DNA from: Octopus vulgaris
Lineage: Eukaryota
Direction: 5' to 3'
DNA: 64,000 bases
Assembly (NCBI GenBank): GCA_951406725.2
Contig: OX597820.1
Location: 73,718,001-73,782,000 of the forward strand
Within the stretch, counting starts at the first letter, position 1; every line of letters begins with the position of its first letter. Both the position numbers and the translations under genes were made by a program. Positions 1 to 12,665 of the stretch are shown here, one piece after another. The notes beneath the pieces were generated by a model. That model did not search any database and had not been told where the DNA came from. It saw only the letters and a program-made list of their open reading frames with translations.

Positions 1-139
1 ATCTGTTTAAAAACTGCCAAAACAAAATCTGGAAATTCTCTACTGTTTCAATTTTCTAAACATAGCATTATATATATATATATATTTTCAACAATTTGTT
101 TTATAACCTAACATTGAACAGCAATGACATTCATTTTTT

Positions 140-190
<51 letters not shown>

Positions 191-544
191 TGCATACACA
201 CATACCTAAATTCAAGTTCTAAATAAAATTGATTTTGAGAATCATGTTTTACTTCATTGATTTGCCATTCAGTGATTCTGAAATTCAAAGTAATTGTAAA
301 TTCTATAAAATAACAGAATACAAGTTCATGGTTTGTATCATCATTAAATTCTAAACATTGAAATCCTACTAATATAGAATTTCTAGTTTAGTGAAATACT
401 AAGTTATTAATCTTTCCTTTTTTTGACTTTATTAAAAGAATACAGTCCAGAAAAAGAAAACAACTTATAAGTATTTGTCATTTTCCAATGGTGGTGCCCG
501 AGCATAGCTACAACCATTTGGCTGTAAATAAAAGAGTAAAGAGA

Positions 545-820
545 CCCCCTTTGGTCTCAAATGACCATAGGATTGCATCTAGAAAGTTCCCCTCCAGGGC
601 ACAAGTTTGGGCAAGGTATGGAAGACTGGCAGTCACTCATGCATACCAGCCTCTCCTCTCCATGCCAACAATGTTATCCAAGAGAAAGGCTGGTACAGCT
701 TGGCACTGTGACATCACAGCTCATTTCTACAGATGAATGAACTGTAGCAATGTGAAATAAAGTGTCTTGCTCAAGAACACATACACAGCCTGGTCTGGGA
801 ATCAAACTCGCTACCTCACG
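545..820 (-). mobile_element. tRNA-derived CORE-type SINE, 5'-truncated; same family as 44247-44577
   Basis: B-box-like GAGTTTGATTCCC on minus, followed by GTGTTCTTGAGCAAGACACTTTATTTCAC core and the shared tail. Confidence 0.7.
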
Positions 821-939
821 AGAAAAATAAAGGAATTCCATATTTGAGTGCATATACACTTTCCCCACCAAAATAATGTCTCAATAAAAATCTCTACTCT
901 GGCTTCTATGTGCATAGTTAGTCCACATTAGACTGGTCA

Positions 940-1085
940 AAGACTATTGAAAGTATACCAGGCTTTGCTGATGCTGGACCTAACATCCTCCTCTGTCCTA
1001 CCTGTCTTTGTTGACTCCAGAAGGGCTTTCATACCAATTCTAATTGGTTCCTAGTGATAGTGTTCAGCCTCAAAACTTCCATCTT
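940..1085 (-). mobile_element. Old RTE-like LINE ORF2 scrap
   Basis: Minus strand reads TGRTEEDVRSSISKAWYTFNSL, like the RTE GGxxxDVxxRIxKAxxAF thumb motif. Confidence 0.35.
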
Positions 1086-2879
1086 GTTCTGCATATTTAA
1101 GTCTATATTACATGCTTAAATGCACTAAAAACTTGTTTTCGTGAATACAAACTGCCGAAATTAGGGTGAGTCTAATATGCCAAGGCTTCTTTTATGCCAT
1201 AAAATATGGTTAGTAAGAGCTGTAGCTACTATCTTGTATTCTGTGTAGTGGCATTGTTATATCACCAATGGGCTATGTGCACTGACACTGTTGGCTAATA
1301 AGCCGACTCGTTATCTATTTACTTCATTAATTCTTAAGAAAAATTAATGTTCAATGATACTGATCAAGATAAACATTTTTCAAAATCCAACTTCAAATAT
1401 GACTTTAATTACAGTAATTTATTATTTTATGGAAAGTTAACATTTAAATCCCCATGGATTAAGTAACAACCAATTTTTCTATGCGCTATTTCCATTTCAA
1501 AACCAAAAAAAAAAGATTTTTTTTATACGTGTTTTGCTAAAATATTTTCATTTATTCACATATAATTCCCTATTACTTTTTAGCAACCTAGTTTATAAAG
1601 GAAAGTATTGGTTAACAAAAAAAAAAAAAAAAATTAATTGCTTTTAAATACAAAGTCATGAACATTTTATTGCATTTAGAATTTTACAATATATCAGGGA
1701 CTTAGAAGCCTGTTTAGATAAGAAATTAATGGCTCTTATAGAGTTCTCTTGAAGTTATTAGCATTTATAAAAAAAAGTAAATAATATTTTCCATTCCATC
1801 TTGCATTGCATTTAGATTTTTTTCTCCTAATTATTATGTTTATCCATATTACTGTTGTCGTGTATCTTTTCTTTTGGGCTTTTTTATAAGTTTTGTTGAT
1901 ATTGCTTTAAAGTTGAATAGAAAACTTAGTGCATAGTATAGCAGGGAGAAAAATCATTATTGAAAAACATTTTTCTGCTCTGTCATGAATTATTAATGTT
2001 GAAACATAATGTTAAGATATGCTCTAGGCTCCACTATCTTTTAATATTTAAGTTGTGTTTTTATGTTTTTTTTTTCTCTTTGAATTTGAAATCTAATGGG
2101 ACTTTTCTTTTTTGCTTTGTTTGATGATATCTAGTTGAATATACAAATGAAATGAATAAATTAACCATATATTTGACTATGTATATATATATATATTATC
2201 TATGTATGTATGTATGTATGTATGTATTGTATCTATTAACATTATTTTAAATATATATAAAAATAACATCTGTCTCTAAGCTTACACAAGATAATTTTAA
2301 AGTTTTTACTTCTATTTTTTTAATAAATGCTTATCTAAATACTATTACTAATACAATTCTTTTCTTTGAGGCTGAGTGGTCTACATTTCTGTCTTTAGAT
2401 TCAAAAAATATATGAGACTTTTATAACAATAGATATAGTGCATTAACTTACATGAAATATTTATAGTGTGTTTATATATATATAAGTCTATATTTGACTG
2501 TGGTGTTAAAGATCACAATTGAATATTATTTGTTTTGTTGACTAATACATATTATTCAAAGTATGAGATCATTCTACTGTGGTAGAGAATATCTGAAATC
2601 TGTGGAGAAATCCCAAAGTATTTTTTATACAGTTTATAGAGACTAGCAAAAACATCACCCTCTGGACAGTTTTCTGCTAGATGCTAAATAGTCTGATTCC
2701 CAATTTGTGTAATTTTTTTGATATGTTGTGTTTAATTACTCTTTGTATCCATTATGCATCCACTAGCTCACACTGGTTCAATAAATGAATTTGGAATAAT
2801 AGCAAGAATCAAAGACAGTGTTAGAGTTTATGAAGAAATCAAGTATTATTTTGACGTAACCATGTGAAAGTCCTCAATT

Positions 2880-2938
<59 letters not shown>

Positions 2939-3003
2939 TGTGTGTGTGTATATACGTATGTATATATAGTTGAAATTTACAGAAAAACAAAAGATGAATA
3001 TAT

Positions 3004-5035
3004 ATAGCAGAATTGGAGAAGAAATTCCAGGTATAGAAGCAAAATCTGGAATCATAGGGCCTTAAAGTTAACTTAGCAAAGACCAAAGTTGTTGTTAATA
3101 AGAAAGAAGATAAAACTCTCTTTCTGTCATGTAGATGGCCCTGCTCAATATGTAGGAAAAGAGTTGGAAGAACTTCCATTTGCTGCACCCAGTGTAAACT
3201 ATGGACACATAAGAGGTGCAGTGGAATCATAGGTAGATTAACAGGTAAAGTCGCCTTTGTATGTGGCAGATGTGCAGGAACAATAAGCACTAAGAGCACA
3301 CAGGACTTAGTTTCTCTCAAATGCCTAGGAGGTTCTCTTAAGGTTGCAGATGGTTTCTGTTACCTAAGTGATCAAATTAGCAATGGTGGAGGATGCTCTA
3401 AAGGTATTGTTTCTAGAATAAGAATTGGGTGGAGGAAGTTCAGAGAGCTATTACCTCTGTTGGCAACGAAAGGACTCTCTCTCAGAGTGAAAGGTAGACT
3501 CTATGATGCTTGTGTGCGAATGGCTTTACTCCATGGTAGTGAGACATGGGCTCTGAATGCTGAAGACATGCATAGACTAGAGAGAAATTAAGTACCAGTT
3601 ACGCACTGGGGTCGATGTTATCGACTTAATCCGTTTGTCTGTCCTTGCTTGTCCCCTCTGTGTTTAGCCCCTTGTGGGTAGTAAAGAAATAGGTAGTATG
3701 CCCTGTTGGGTGTGCAACCTCAGTGCGCATGTATGACAAAATGCAAATGTATTGAGAGAAAAGTTAGGCATAAGAGGAATCAAATGTAGCATGCAAGAGA
3801 GAAGACTATGTTGGTTTGGACATGTGATGCGTATGAATGAGGACAGCTGCATAAAGAAGTGCTGATCATTGAAAGTGGATGGTACCTGTGAGAAAGGGAG
3901 ACCCAGGAAGATGTGGGTTGAAGTGGTAAAGACTGATCTCATGATGTTGGGCCTCACGGAGGAAATAACAACAGACTGAGATGTCTGACAATATGAAGTT
4001 CTTGAGAAGACCCGTCCATGTCAGTGAAACTGAGTTCTAGAAGCGCTGTGTGTCCCACCCACACCTTGTCTCACTGTATCATTGATTTCTGCTAGCCCCC
4101 GACCTGTGTGTTCCACTCACATGTAACAAGAAAACTTTTCACACACCCTACCCCATGAAACTAATCTACATTTCTTCCTCATATTTCCTTCATTCACTAT
4201 GCCCTACCTCGCACTCCCCAATCCTATTCTCATGGCCCTGTATCTTTGCTATCTCGTATATCCCCCCCCCTGCCGATTCTATATATATCCAAGTGTGTGT
4301 GTGTGTGTATCCCCCACTTTCTCTAATCATGCTTCCTTGCAATATCCTGCCACTTATATTATGATGTTCGAACCTCAAGGGTATGGCCCTGGTACTTGCC
4401 ACCATCTATATCTCTCTCTTCCTTTACTCAATCATCCCATTTATATTCTGATCCCTGTCCCTTTTGAGTATGCCTGGCACTTTGCCACCATCTCTATCCT
4501 GCTGTCTCCTACTCTGTCTCTCTCTCTTTCCCTGAACTGTCCTCAGGTTGGGTAACCATATATTTCTTTTGTGGCAGTGCACCGGTTTCTGTCTTCATTC
4601 CTGATCTCTCTCTCTCTCCAGCTGGGTAACCTTGTACCTCCTCTACAGTAATATACCTGTTTCTGTCTCTCTGTCTCACTATAACATTTCATCATCTGTC
4701 ACAAGATCACCTCCTCCAATGCTCTCTCCTCTCAGTACAGGTATCACTTAAAAGTACCCAGTCCACATTGTAAAGTGGCTGGCATATGGAAGGGCATCCA
4801 GCTGTAAAAACCTTGCCAAAACCGATGTGTGTGTGTGTGTGTGTCCCCGTCCACTAAGTCCACTCTGCTGAGTGGTTGGTGTTAGGAAGAGCATCCAGCT
4901 TTAAAAATCTTGCCAAAACAGATGCTGAAATTTGTTGCAGGTTTCTGCCTGGCCGGCTTCTGTCAAACCATCTCACCCATGCCAGCATGGAAAGCGAACA
5001 TTAAGCGATGATGATGATGCTGCTGCTGATGATGA
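3004..5035 (+). mobile_element. 5'-truncated RTE-clade LINE: ORF2 C-terminal part with embedded PHD finger, CT-rich 3' UTR and (GAT)n tail
   Basis: Reads GLKVNLAKTKV..CSIC..CTQC..HKRC..CGRC..FCYL..RIRIGWRKFREL..LYDACV..LHGSETW, then WFGHVMRM..GRPRKMW. Has premature stops. Ends GGAAGAGCATCCAGC..CCCATGCCAGCATGG..(GAT)n. Confidence 0.88.
3587..3691 (+). mobile_element. 3' half of an OK-like SINE inserted in the LINE ORF
   Basis: Near-identical to the tail of the SINE at 45618-45848; LINE reading frame resumes after it. Confidence 0.75.
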
Positions 5036-6118
5036 TATATGAAAGACTCCCCTGTCAAAGATGATGTACGAGCATTCGGCTTTTATCAAATAACCCGCAC
5101 AAATGATTTGTTTATAGTGTTTGTGCTGCACATTACCTCACTCTCTCCATAAAATTGACATTGTGTGAACGGCTGTACTGTGTGCCACACATCAGATGTC
5201 AAAGTGATTGCACAGCAACATGAGATGAAGTGTTTTGCTCAAGAATGCAATGCACCACTCAGTCTAGGAATTGAAATCATGATCTAGTGATCACAAGTGT
5301 AAGACCCTGACCAACTAGGTCATGTACCATCATATACCTACATATCAGAATATTTTTATTTTGCATCTCTGAACTGGGATAACTCATGTAGAAAAAGTTA
5401 CTTCGGGCTTGAACATTTGATTGTATAACTTATTATTTGCTGTGTGTTACTTTTCTATTGATGTATATATATATTTATATACATTTTAGCATTAATAACC
5501 TATATAACATTAATAACCTATATAAATCTCTATATATATACAGAGATGGGAAATGATGCGTTTTTATTCCTGTTTTATCATATGAACCATGATAACATGA
5601 ACAGTGATCTTAGCCAAAGAAATTAACTATTGGAAGTATATAACATATTTCATGTTATTATCCTAAGTGTAAGAGAGGGAAAATATAAAAAGAAAACACT
5701 ATCCCACAGTGAAATAAATTTAGTTTTCTCTAGTTGAATCTCTTCAATAATAAAAAAATTTAAAAATCACATTTTGATAAAAAAATATATTAAAATTAGA
5801 ATTTTTAAGAATTTCCTAGACATTGTAGACTTTAATAATTGCTCTCTTTTATCTTAAGTTACTCCAAACTAATTAATAAGCAACTTTGTTATAATGTACA
5901 TTTAGCTTCATATAACAGTCCAATGTAGGTTCATATTGATGGAATACTAATGCAAAATATATTCAACAATTTGGAATCACCATGGAAGATTTATTAAAAT
6001 TTCCCAAGTTCAAAATGTCTTCTCAGTATCTCTCAGTCCATCAAACCTCAGTTAAGGTTCAATTTTAATCTTGTGTTTTTGTCAATAAGTTTTTGATGGA
6101 TTTAATTTCAAACCAAAG

Positions 6119-6610
6119 ATCATCATCATCATCATCGTTTAACGTCTGCCTTCCATGCTAGCATGGGTTGGACAATTTGACTGAGGTCTAGTGAACCAGA
6201 TGGCTGCACCAAGCTCCAATCTGATCTGCCAGAGTTTCTATAGCTGGATGCCCTTCCTAATGCCAACCACTCCGAGAGTGTAGTGGGTGCTTTTATATGC
6301 CACTGGCACAAGAGTCAGTCAGGTGGTACTGGCAACGGTCACACTCAAGTGGTGTTTTTTACGTGCCACCTGCACAGGAGCCAGTCCAGCGGCACTGGCA
6401 ATGACCTCACTCAAATGTTTTTCACGTGTCACCGGCACAAGTGCCAGTAAGGCGATGCTGGTAACAATCATGTTTGAATAGTGCTTTTTATGTGCCACTG
6501 GCACAAAAGCCAGTCAGCTGCTCTGGTAGCAATCACGCTCGGATGGTGCTCTTAGCACTCCACTGGCACGGGTGCCAGTCATCGAATTTGCGAATTTGAT
6601 TTGATTTTGA
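6119..6610 (-). mobile_element. RTE-LINE 3' UTR copy with internal ~65-bp tandem array (about 5 units)
   Basis: (CAT)n, CCATGCTAGCATGGGTTGG and GCTGGATGCCCTTCC blocks, then repeated GTGCTTTTTAYGTGCCACYGGCAC units. Confidence 0.8.
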
Positions 6611-6927
6611 TGTAACACATTAATTATATGAAAGTTTTCTTGCGGCATTTAAATACATCCAATAGAACAGATTTGTCCCTAAATTCAATCTTAGTGTATT
6701 ATGCATGATTTAGGTTTTGTTGTTGAGTCATTACAAGTTTTGGGCAATCTCAGTAAAATAATCATCTGTTCAGAGCTTACAAAAATGATGATGATAACGA
6801 TGATAACTTTGGGTACCCTTCACCACTGCCACAACTCTTCTGTTTCTCATCTAGTTTGCAACATTCATTTACTTTGCATGTCCACACCTCAAATAATACT
6901 TTCGATACATTTTAAACTCATTTGGTT

Positions 6928-7205
6928 CAAGTAGAATGATATATTTTTCAACGTGTAATTAACAATAGAAGAGCATATATAGGATAAAATCTTTACAGAG
7001 AAGAAAAATCTATGAGCAACCAGCCATGAGAATTGAACTCGCATCCCTTTGATTTCCGATCATGAAGCACTTGACAGGAAATCAAAGGGATGTGAGTTCT
7101 ATTCTCATGGCTGGTTGCTGATAGAGTTTTCTTCTCTGTAAGGATTTTATCCTAATATGCTCTTCTATCGTTAATTACATGTTGAAAAATATATCTTTCT
7201 ACTTG
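6928..7205. repeat. Long fold-back: ~130-bp inverted arms (6928-7057, 7077-7205) with 19-nt loop
   Basis: CAAGTAGAATGATATATTTTTCAAC...CATCCCTTTGATTTCC versus GGAAATCAAAGGGATG...GTTGAAAAATATATCTTTCTACTTG; roughly 90% complementary by eye. Confidence 0.92.
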
Positions 7206-7334
7206 TACTACAATACATTTTCAGCACTTCAAAAACAAACTTATGTTTGTTTACATAAGACATTGTATGATTCAGTTTTTCTTTTAAGTTGATACTCACT
7301 ACAAACTTGTGCATTTACTGCCCATGGTTCATTC

Positions 7335-9330
7335 ATCATCACCATCATCATTATAATAACTATCTGCTGTATAGGTTGGGTGATTCAACAGGATCTGACA
7401 AGTGAGATGGCTGCATTGAGCCCCAGTGTCTGTATTGATTTGGCTTCTGTGGTTGGATGCCTTTTCTGATCCCAGTCACTTTACAAACTGTACTGAGTGC
7501 TTTTTACATGGCACCAGCACTAGTGAAGTCACCAAGTAGCTTACAAGATGTGACCCCCTCAACTGAGTGGGAATGTTATATTGAAGGAAGTAGCTGTGCG
7601 TTGAGAGGTGGTAGAGGGACAGAAGCAGGTGACTTGCTGTAGAGGAGAAACATGGCTACCCCAGCTGGAAAGAGAGAAAAGATAGTGGTTAGGCAGTGTC
7701 AGGGCACACCCTCAGAATATGAGAATAAGGATCAGGAAGGGTCAGTGGATAAGTTTGCAAAAGTGTGAAAGGGAAGTGATGGGGATGAAGGTAAATGCAG
7801 TGAAGAGTGAATACAGGTGGCTGCACCGTCATTTAAGAATATCAGCTGGGCTGGGGTGGGGAGATGAAGGAGTGGATCAGGGAAGAGGAAGTGATATGTG
7901 GCAGCATGAAAAGTGGGGTAGGGAGTAGCAGTAAAATGAAACTGTATACAGATGAGAAATAGGTTGATGATGTGAAGTGTCGGAGTAAGATAGGGATGCA
8001 CAGTGTCAGAGATGGAAGTTAGAGGTACATAGGGGTGGACAAACAAAGGTGGTGGTCAGGGCATCAGTAGCAGATATGAGTGGGTGTTCAGAGGAAAAGG
8101 GCATTTAGTGGAAAAATAAATTGGTAAGGGATGACAATAAGATTATGGGAGAAGTGACAAATGAAGGGGTTCCAAGGAGAGGGATTACCGGAAGCACAAA
8201 AGAGGAATGAAGCATGTACGGTTCTAGTCTCATGATTACAGCAGGTGAGTAAATAGTGCAACAGATAGAAAAGTGATGGAGGGATGGGTTTTAAATAGAT
8301 GTGTTGTGAGGAAGGCTTGACTGAGACAGCTTTGGTACAGGGGCATAGACATAAACAATATACTTTTAAGGCCTCGTTTTTGCTGAAGTGGAGAGATCTT
8401 ATTGAGCACAGTGAATCACCAATCATCTCAGTCTTTAGTCTGCTCCTCTGTGAGGATCAATGTCCTGAGGACAGTATCATGACTTCATCTCACATTTTCT
8501 TGGGTCTCCTTCTTCCACAGGTTCCATATGCATCACATGCCTATTCCAGTGCAGTTTTCTCTCTTGAACACTACGTATTGTGCTGAATTTTTATTTCAAC
8601 CCATTTGCACTTTATCGCTCATGCTCACAGATATTACACATCAAGTGGAACATGCTAGCTTCATTTCCTTGTGGTCTTCACACGTCCTTTCCATTCACAG
8701 TCCTCATTTCACCACTGTGTAGCGTTGTGTTCATACACAGGTGTCCCACAATCTAATTTTCACTCTGAGAGAAAGACTTATTTATTACCAGCTGTGATAA
8801 TAGCTCTCAGCTTTCTTCAACTAGTTCTTATTTTAGCAGCTCTACTTTCAGAACATCCGCCTTTGTTGCTAATTAAGTCATCTGAGTAACAGAAACAATC
8901 TACTATCTCTAAGGATCCAACTGAGAATTCAAGAAAATTTATTTCTCATGTATTCTTGGTGTTTATTTCACTTATCTGTCACAAACAATGTCTACTTTCT
9001 CTGTTAACCTTCCTGTGAAGGTTAACACTGTACCTTTTACATGTCCATAGTTTGTACTAGGTAGACCTTATGGGATTTCTACCTACATCTTTTCTACATA
9101 TTAAACAGGGATGTTTTTCTGAAGAGATTAGCATCCTGTGTGTTTTCCTGTTTACTAGAACTCTGGTCTTTGCTATGTTAACTTTGACCATTTGGTTCTA
9201 GGTTTTGCTTTCACACCTGGAATTTGTTTTCTAATTCTACTTACAGATTTAGCCATAAGAAGGTCATCATCATAGAAGAGTTCCTAATTCTTCTATATGG
9301 CCTGCATGATTATAATAAACAGTAAAGGAC
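7335..9330 (-). mobile_element. Second, more decayed copy of the PHD-RTE LINE (RT end plus long 3' UTR)
   Basis: Minus strand gives ELFYDDDL (YADD box, ~9260-9283), KVNIAKTRVL, HPCLICRKDVGRN and RRRPKKM, then the purine/pyrimidine-skewed UTR and tail. Confidence 0.75.
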
Positions 9331-9385
9331 AAAATATTGGAAATTATTAATTAGTTCATATAATCTCTATAAACTTGTTTTACAG

Positions 9386-9496
9386 AAGCGAAGAAAAAAG
9401 TTCAGCTAATGGTGGAATGCATTAAGTACCATCTTGATGATGAGGAATGCCTTCGGAAAAGTCTTCTTGCAGTTGCTTCATTAAGTGCTACTAACA
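9386..9496 (+). CDS. TERB1: TERB1-like internal coding exon A (phase 1-1): xAKKKVQLMVECIKYHLDDEECLRKSLLAVASLSATN
   Basis: ttttacag acceptor, gtgagt donor, 111 nt open. Resembles vertebrate TERB1 N-terminus (LLLECLKYQMD...QQN), from recall. Confidence 0.85.
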
Positions 9497-10783
9497 GTGA
9501 GTATTGTAGTATTTATTATGTGTGTTTTAAAAGGAATTGAATTTTATTATGAATATGAAATGAGCTTTAGGAAACTAATTCATGTTTGAAATAAGAATGG
9601 TCAGATCATAAAACAAAGGATCTTTTTACTTGAAATAAATTTGATACAAATTTGTGATATTTGGTAACTTTATGAATTTTTTAAAGTTGTATAAGCTGCA
9701 GTTCAGCTAATCCATTTGGGAGAACAGAAACTGAATAAAATCGATGCAGTATTGTTGTCAACCTTTCTGTTGCTGATGGCATGGTAAAATACACTCAATC
9801 CATGCTATCAAGTGATTGGTGGTAGGAAGGGTATACAGCCATGGAAAAAAATACATGATACAAAAGCAAAGTTGTTTCCATTGACAATGGAACAGGACAA
9901 GTGATAATATATTGTAAAATGGAATGAGATTATTGGGCACAGAGCAATACGGCAAGCTGTCAGAATCATTAGGATGCTGGGCGAAATGCTTAGCAGTATT
10001 TCATCTGCCCCTACGTTCTGGGTTCAATTCTGCCAAGATCGACTTTGCCTTTCATCCTTTTGGGATTGATAACTTAAGAAATTAAGTAGCAGTGAAACAC
10101 TGGGGTTGATGTAATCGACTAGTCCCCTTGCCCAAAATTTCAAGGCCTTGTGCCTTCAGTAGAAAGGATTATTGGGTACAGGTGTTTGGATGCAGACAAT
10201 TTGGCTCAGCCGATTGGAGGTATAATTTGTTTTGGTGACCACTTTTTGGAGCTCGAAGCAAACACATGCACGCACTTTCAGAAATATACAGAGAGAGAGA
10301 GAAAAAGAAAAAGAAATGGTGGCATTCAAATTTATTAATTGAACAGAATTGACATAACCATTTTCCATCTCCTCTTACACCTCAGGTGAAATATGCTCAC
10401 TCACATAAACAGAGAGTCATTAAAATGAGTGAAACATTAAACCATCTGATGGCAAGTAAGTCGGCCTCAAATCGGCAATATCAAAGAGGCAATGTCAAAA
10501 TGGCTGTACCAAAATATGCCATGATTGTTGTAAGACCCATTGAACCTGTAACAGCCAATAAAAATAGACATGAAACAATGATGTTAATGCTTTATTTTTG
10601 TGGGCTCTTATGAGAAACTTAATCATCATCACCATCATTTAACGGCTGTCTTTCATGTAGGCATGGGTTGGACAGTTTGACAGGAGCCAGCAAGGTAGAA
10701 GACTATATCAAGCTACTGTGTCTGTTTTGGCAGGGTTTTTATGGCTGGATGCTCTTCCTAACACCAACCACCACATAGAGTAG

Positions 10784-11090
10784 TTGTTGTTTGTTCCTTC
10801 TCGAGCCATGCCTGGCTCATAAGGGTCGGTTTTCTGGTTTCATTGGCATATAGGTTCCCCACCTGGACGGGACGCCAGTCCATCGCAGGTGAGCTGCAAG
10901 ATGCAGGAGGAAAGAGTGAGAGAAAGTTGTGGTGAAAGAGTCAGCAGAAGTTTGCCATTACCCTCTGCCGGAGCTGCATGGAGCTTAGGTGATTTGCTCA
11001 TAAACACACACACATCGCCCGGTCTGAGATTCGAACCTGCGATCCCTCAACTGCAAGTTCACTGCTCTAACTACTAGGCCATGTGCCTCC
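10784..11090 (-). mobile_element. Full-length tRNA-derived SINE nested in a LINE 3' UTR copy
   Basis: Head GGAGGCACATGGCCTAGTAG (A box) and GGTTCGAATCTC (B box), (CAA)n tail. 14-bp TSD ACC(A/C)CATAGAGTAG at 10770-10783 and 11091-11104. Confidence 0.85.
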
Positions 11091-12665
11091 ACCCCATAGA
11101 GTAGACTGAGTGCTTTTTATGTGGCACCAGCACAGGCAAGGTCAGTTTTGTCTTAATTTTTACTGCTGGATGCCCTTCCAAATGCCAACCACATCAGTGT
11201 GGACTGGATGCTTTTTAAGTGGCGCCAGCACTGGCAGGGTCACCAAGTAACTTGCAAAACAAAGATCCTTTTAGAGGGGAAGGAGCATTAGAGGAGGTGA
11301 TCTTGTGTCAGATGATGAAAGGTTATGAGACAGAGAGGTAGAAAGAGGTGTTTTGCTATAGATACATAGTTACCTGGTCAGAGGAAAAGAGAGAGAGAGT
11401 AGTAACAAGAAAGAGGACAGAAACAGGTGTGCTGCTGTAGAGCAGACACATGGTTACGCAGCCAGCGGGAAGATCAAGGGAAAGAGAAAGCGAGAGAGAG
11501 AGAGTGGAAGACAGCAAGAGTGCAAGAGAGAGCACGAGAGAGATGATGGTGAAGTGCCAAAGTATACTGACAAGGAATGGAATTCAGAGCATTGATGGGA
11601 TGGTAGAGTAAGGAAGAGAAAGATAAATGGTAGCAATTGCTAGGACATGCCCTCGAGGTATGGGGACACAATATTCATGGCCAGGTATTGCCAAGAAGGC
11701 ATGAGTAAGGAGTGAGGTTGTGGATTGCAGTGACAAATAAAATCAAACTGCACTCTTCAAAACTTTCACAAAGAATTACTACCTGCTTTTATAGCAAATT
11801 GATGCAGGTAGTTTATCCCCTCTGTTTTTATACCTGGGTATAAAGGTGGGATGGGGAAAGCAGTGATACAGTGAACAGGGTAGTGAGGGCAGAGATGGGG
11901 AGTTGGAAACAATCATAGTGTATGAAGAGGAAATGTGAGGAAAAGAAAAGACGCAGTTTAAGAGAGGAGATATAGTTTGGATTCTAGGGATAGATTATGT
12001 GGAAATTTTATTGTTATGTGTGTGAGGAACACCACTTCTAGCACTCAGTTATGATGACGTGGGCGAGTCTTCTCTAGAACCTCATAGCTCCAGACAGCTT
12101 AGTTCATCAATCTGTATGTTATTTGTAAAATAAAAGTTTAACATTTTTCTAATCATTTATCTGCCAATACATAAGAAATATGGCATGTATGCCTTTCCCA
12201 AAGATGTCTTCAACAGATATTGAAATAACTACAACCAGGAACAGAATCCATTTCACTAACTCTCAAATTCTGTTGTGAACTCTTTTATACTCCTGCAATA
12301 TTCTGGCTTTTATTAGAATAAAATTCCATGAGTTACTCAATTAAGAAAAAGAATAGATAAGCCTCCTTCCCCAACCCTATAGACATATAGGGCTGGTCTC
12401 CCAGATTCTGTGGCACATATATTTTCTCTTGGATGGGATGCCAGTCTCTCACAAGGGTACTCATTTTTGCCAGCTGAGTAGACTGGAGCAATGTGAAATG
12501 AAGTATTTTGCTCAAGAACACAATGTGTTTGTTTTGAGCTCAAGTACTAAGATGTATTGCTAAATTCTTTTAGCATTGAATTTGGTTGGTATTACTACTT
12601 TTACTATGAAGTCTGTTTAGTTTCACTTAACATTACAAGCAGTGAGTCAGTGTATTATGTTTCTA

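Noticed and set aside
2563-2620. Candidate TERB1 start exon (ATGAGATCATTC...)
   Set aside because: Only weak donors (gtagag, gtattt) and no similarity support.
2874-3320. 148-aa minus-strand ORF
   Set aside because: Antisense shadow of the LINE ORF2 plus (TA)n.
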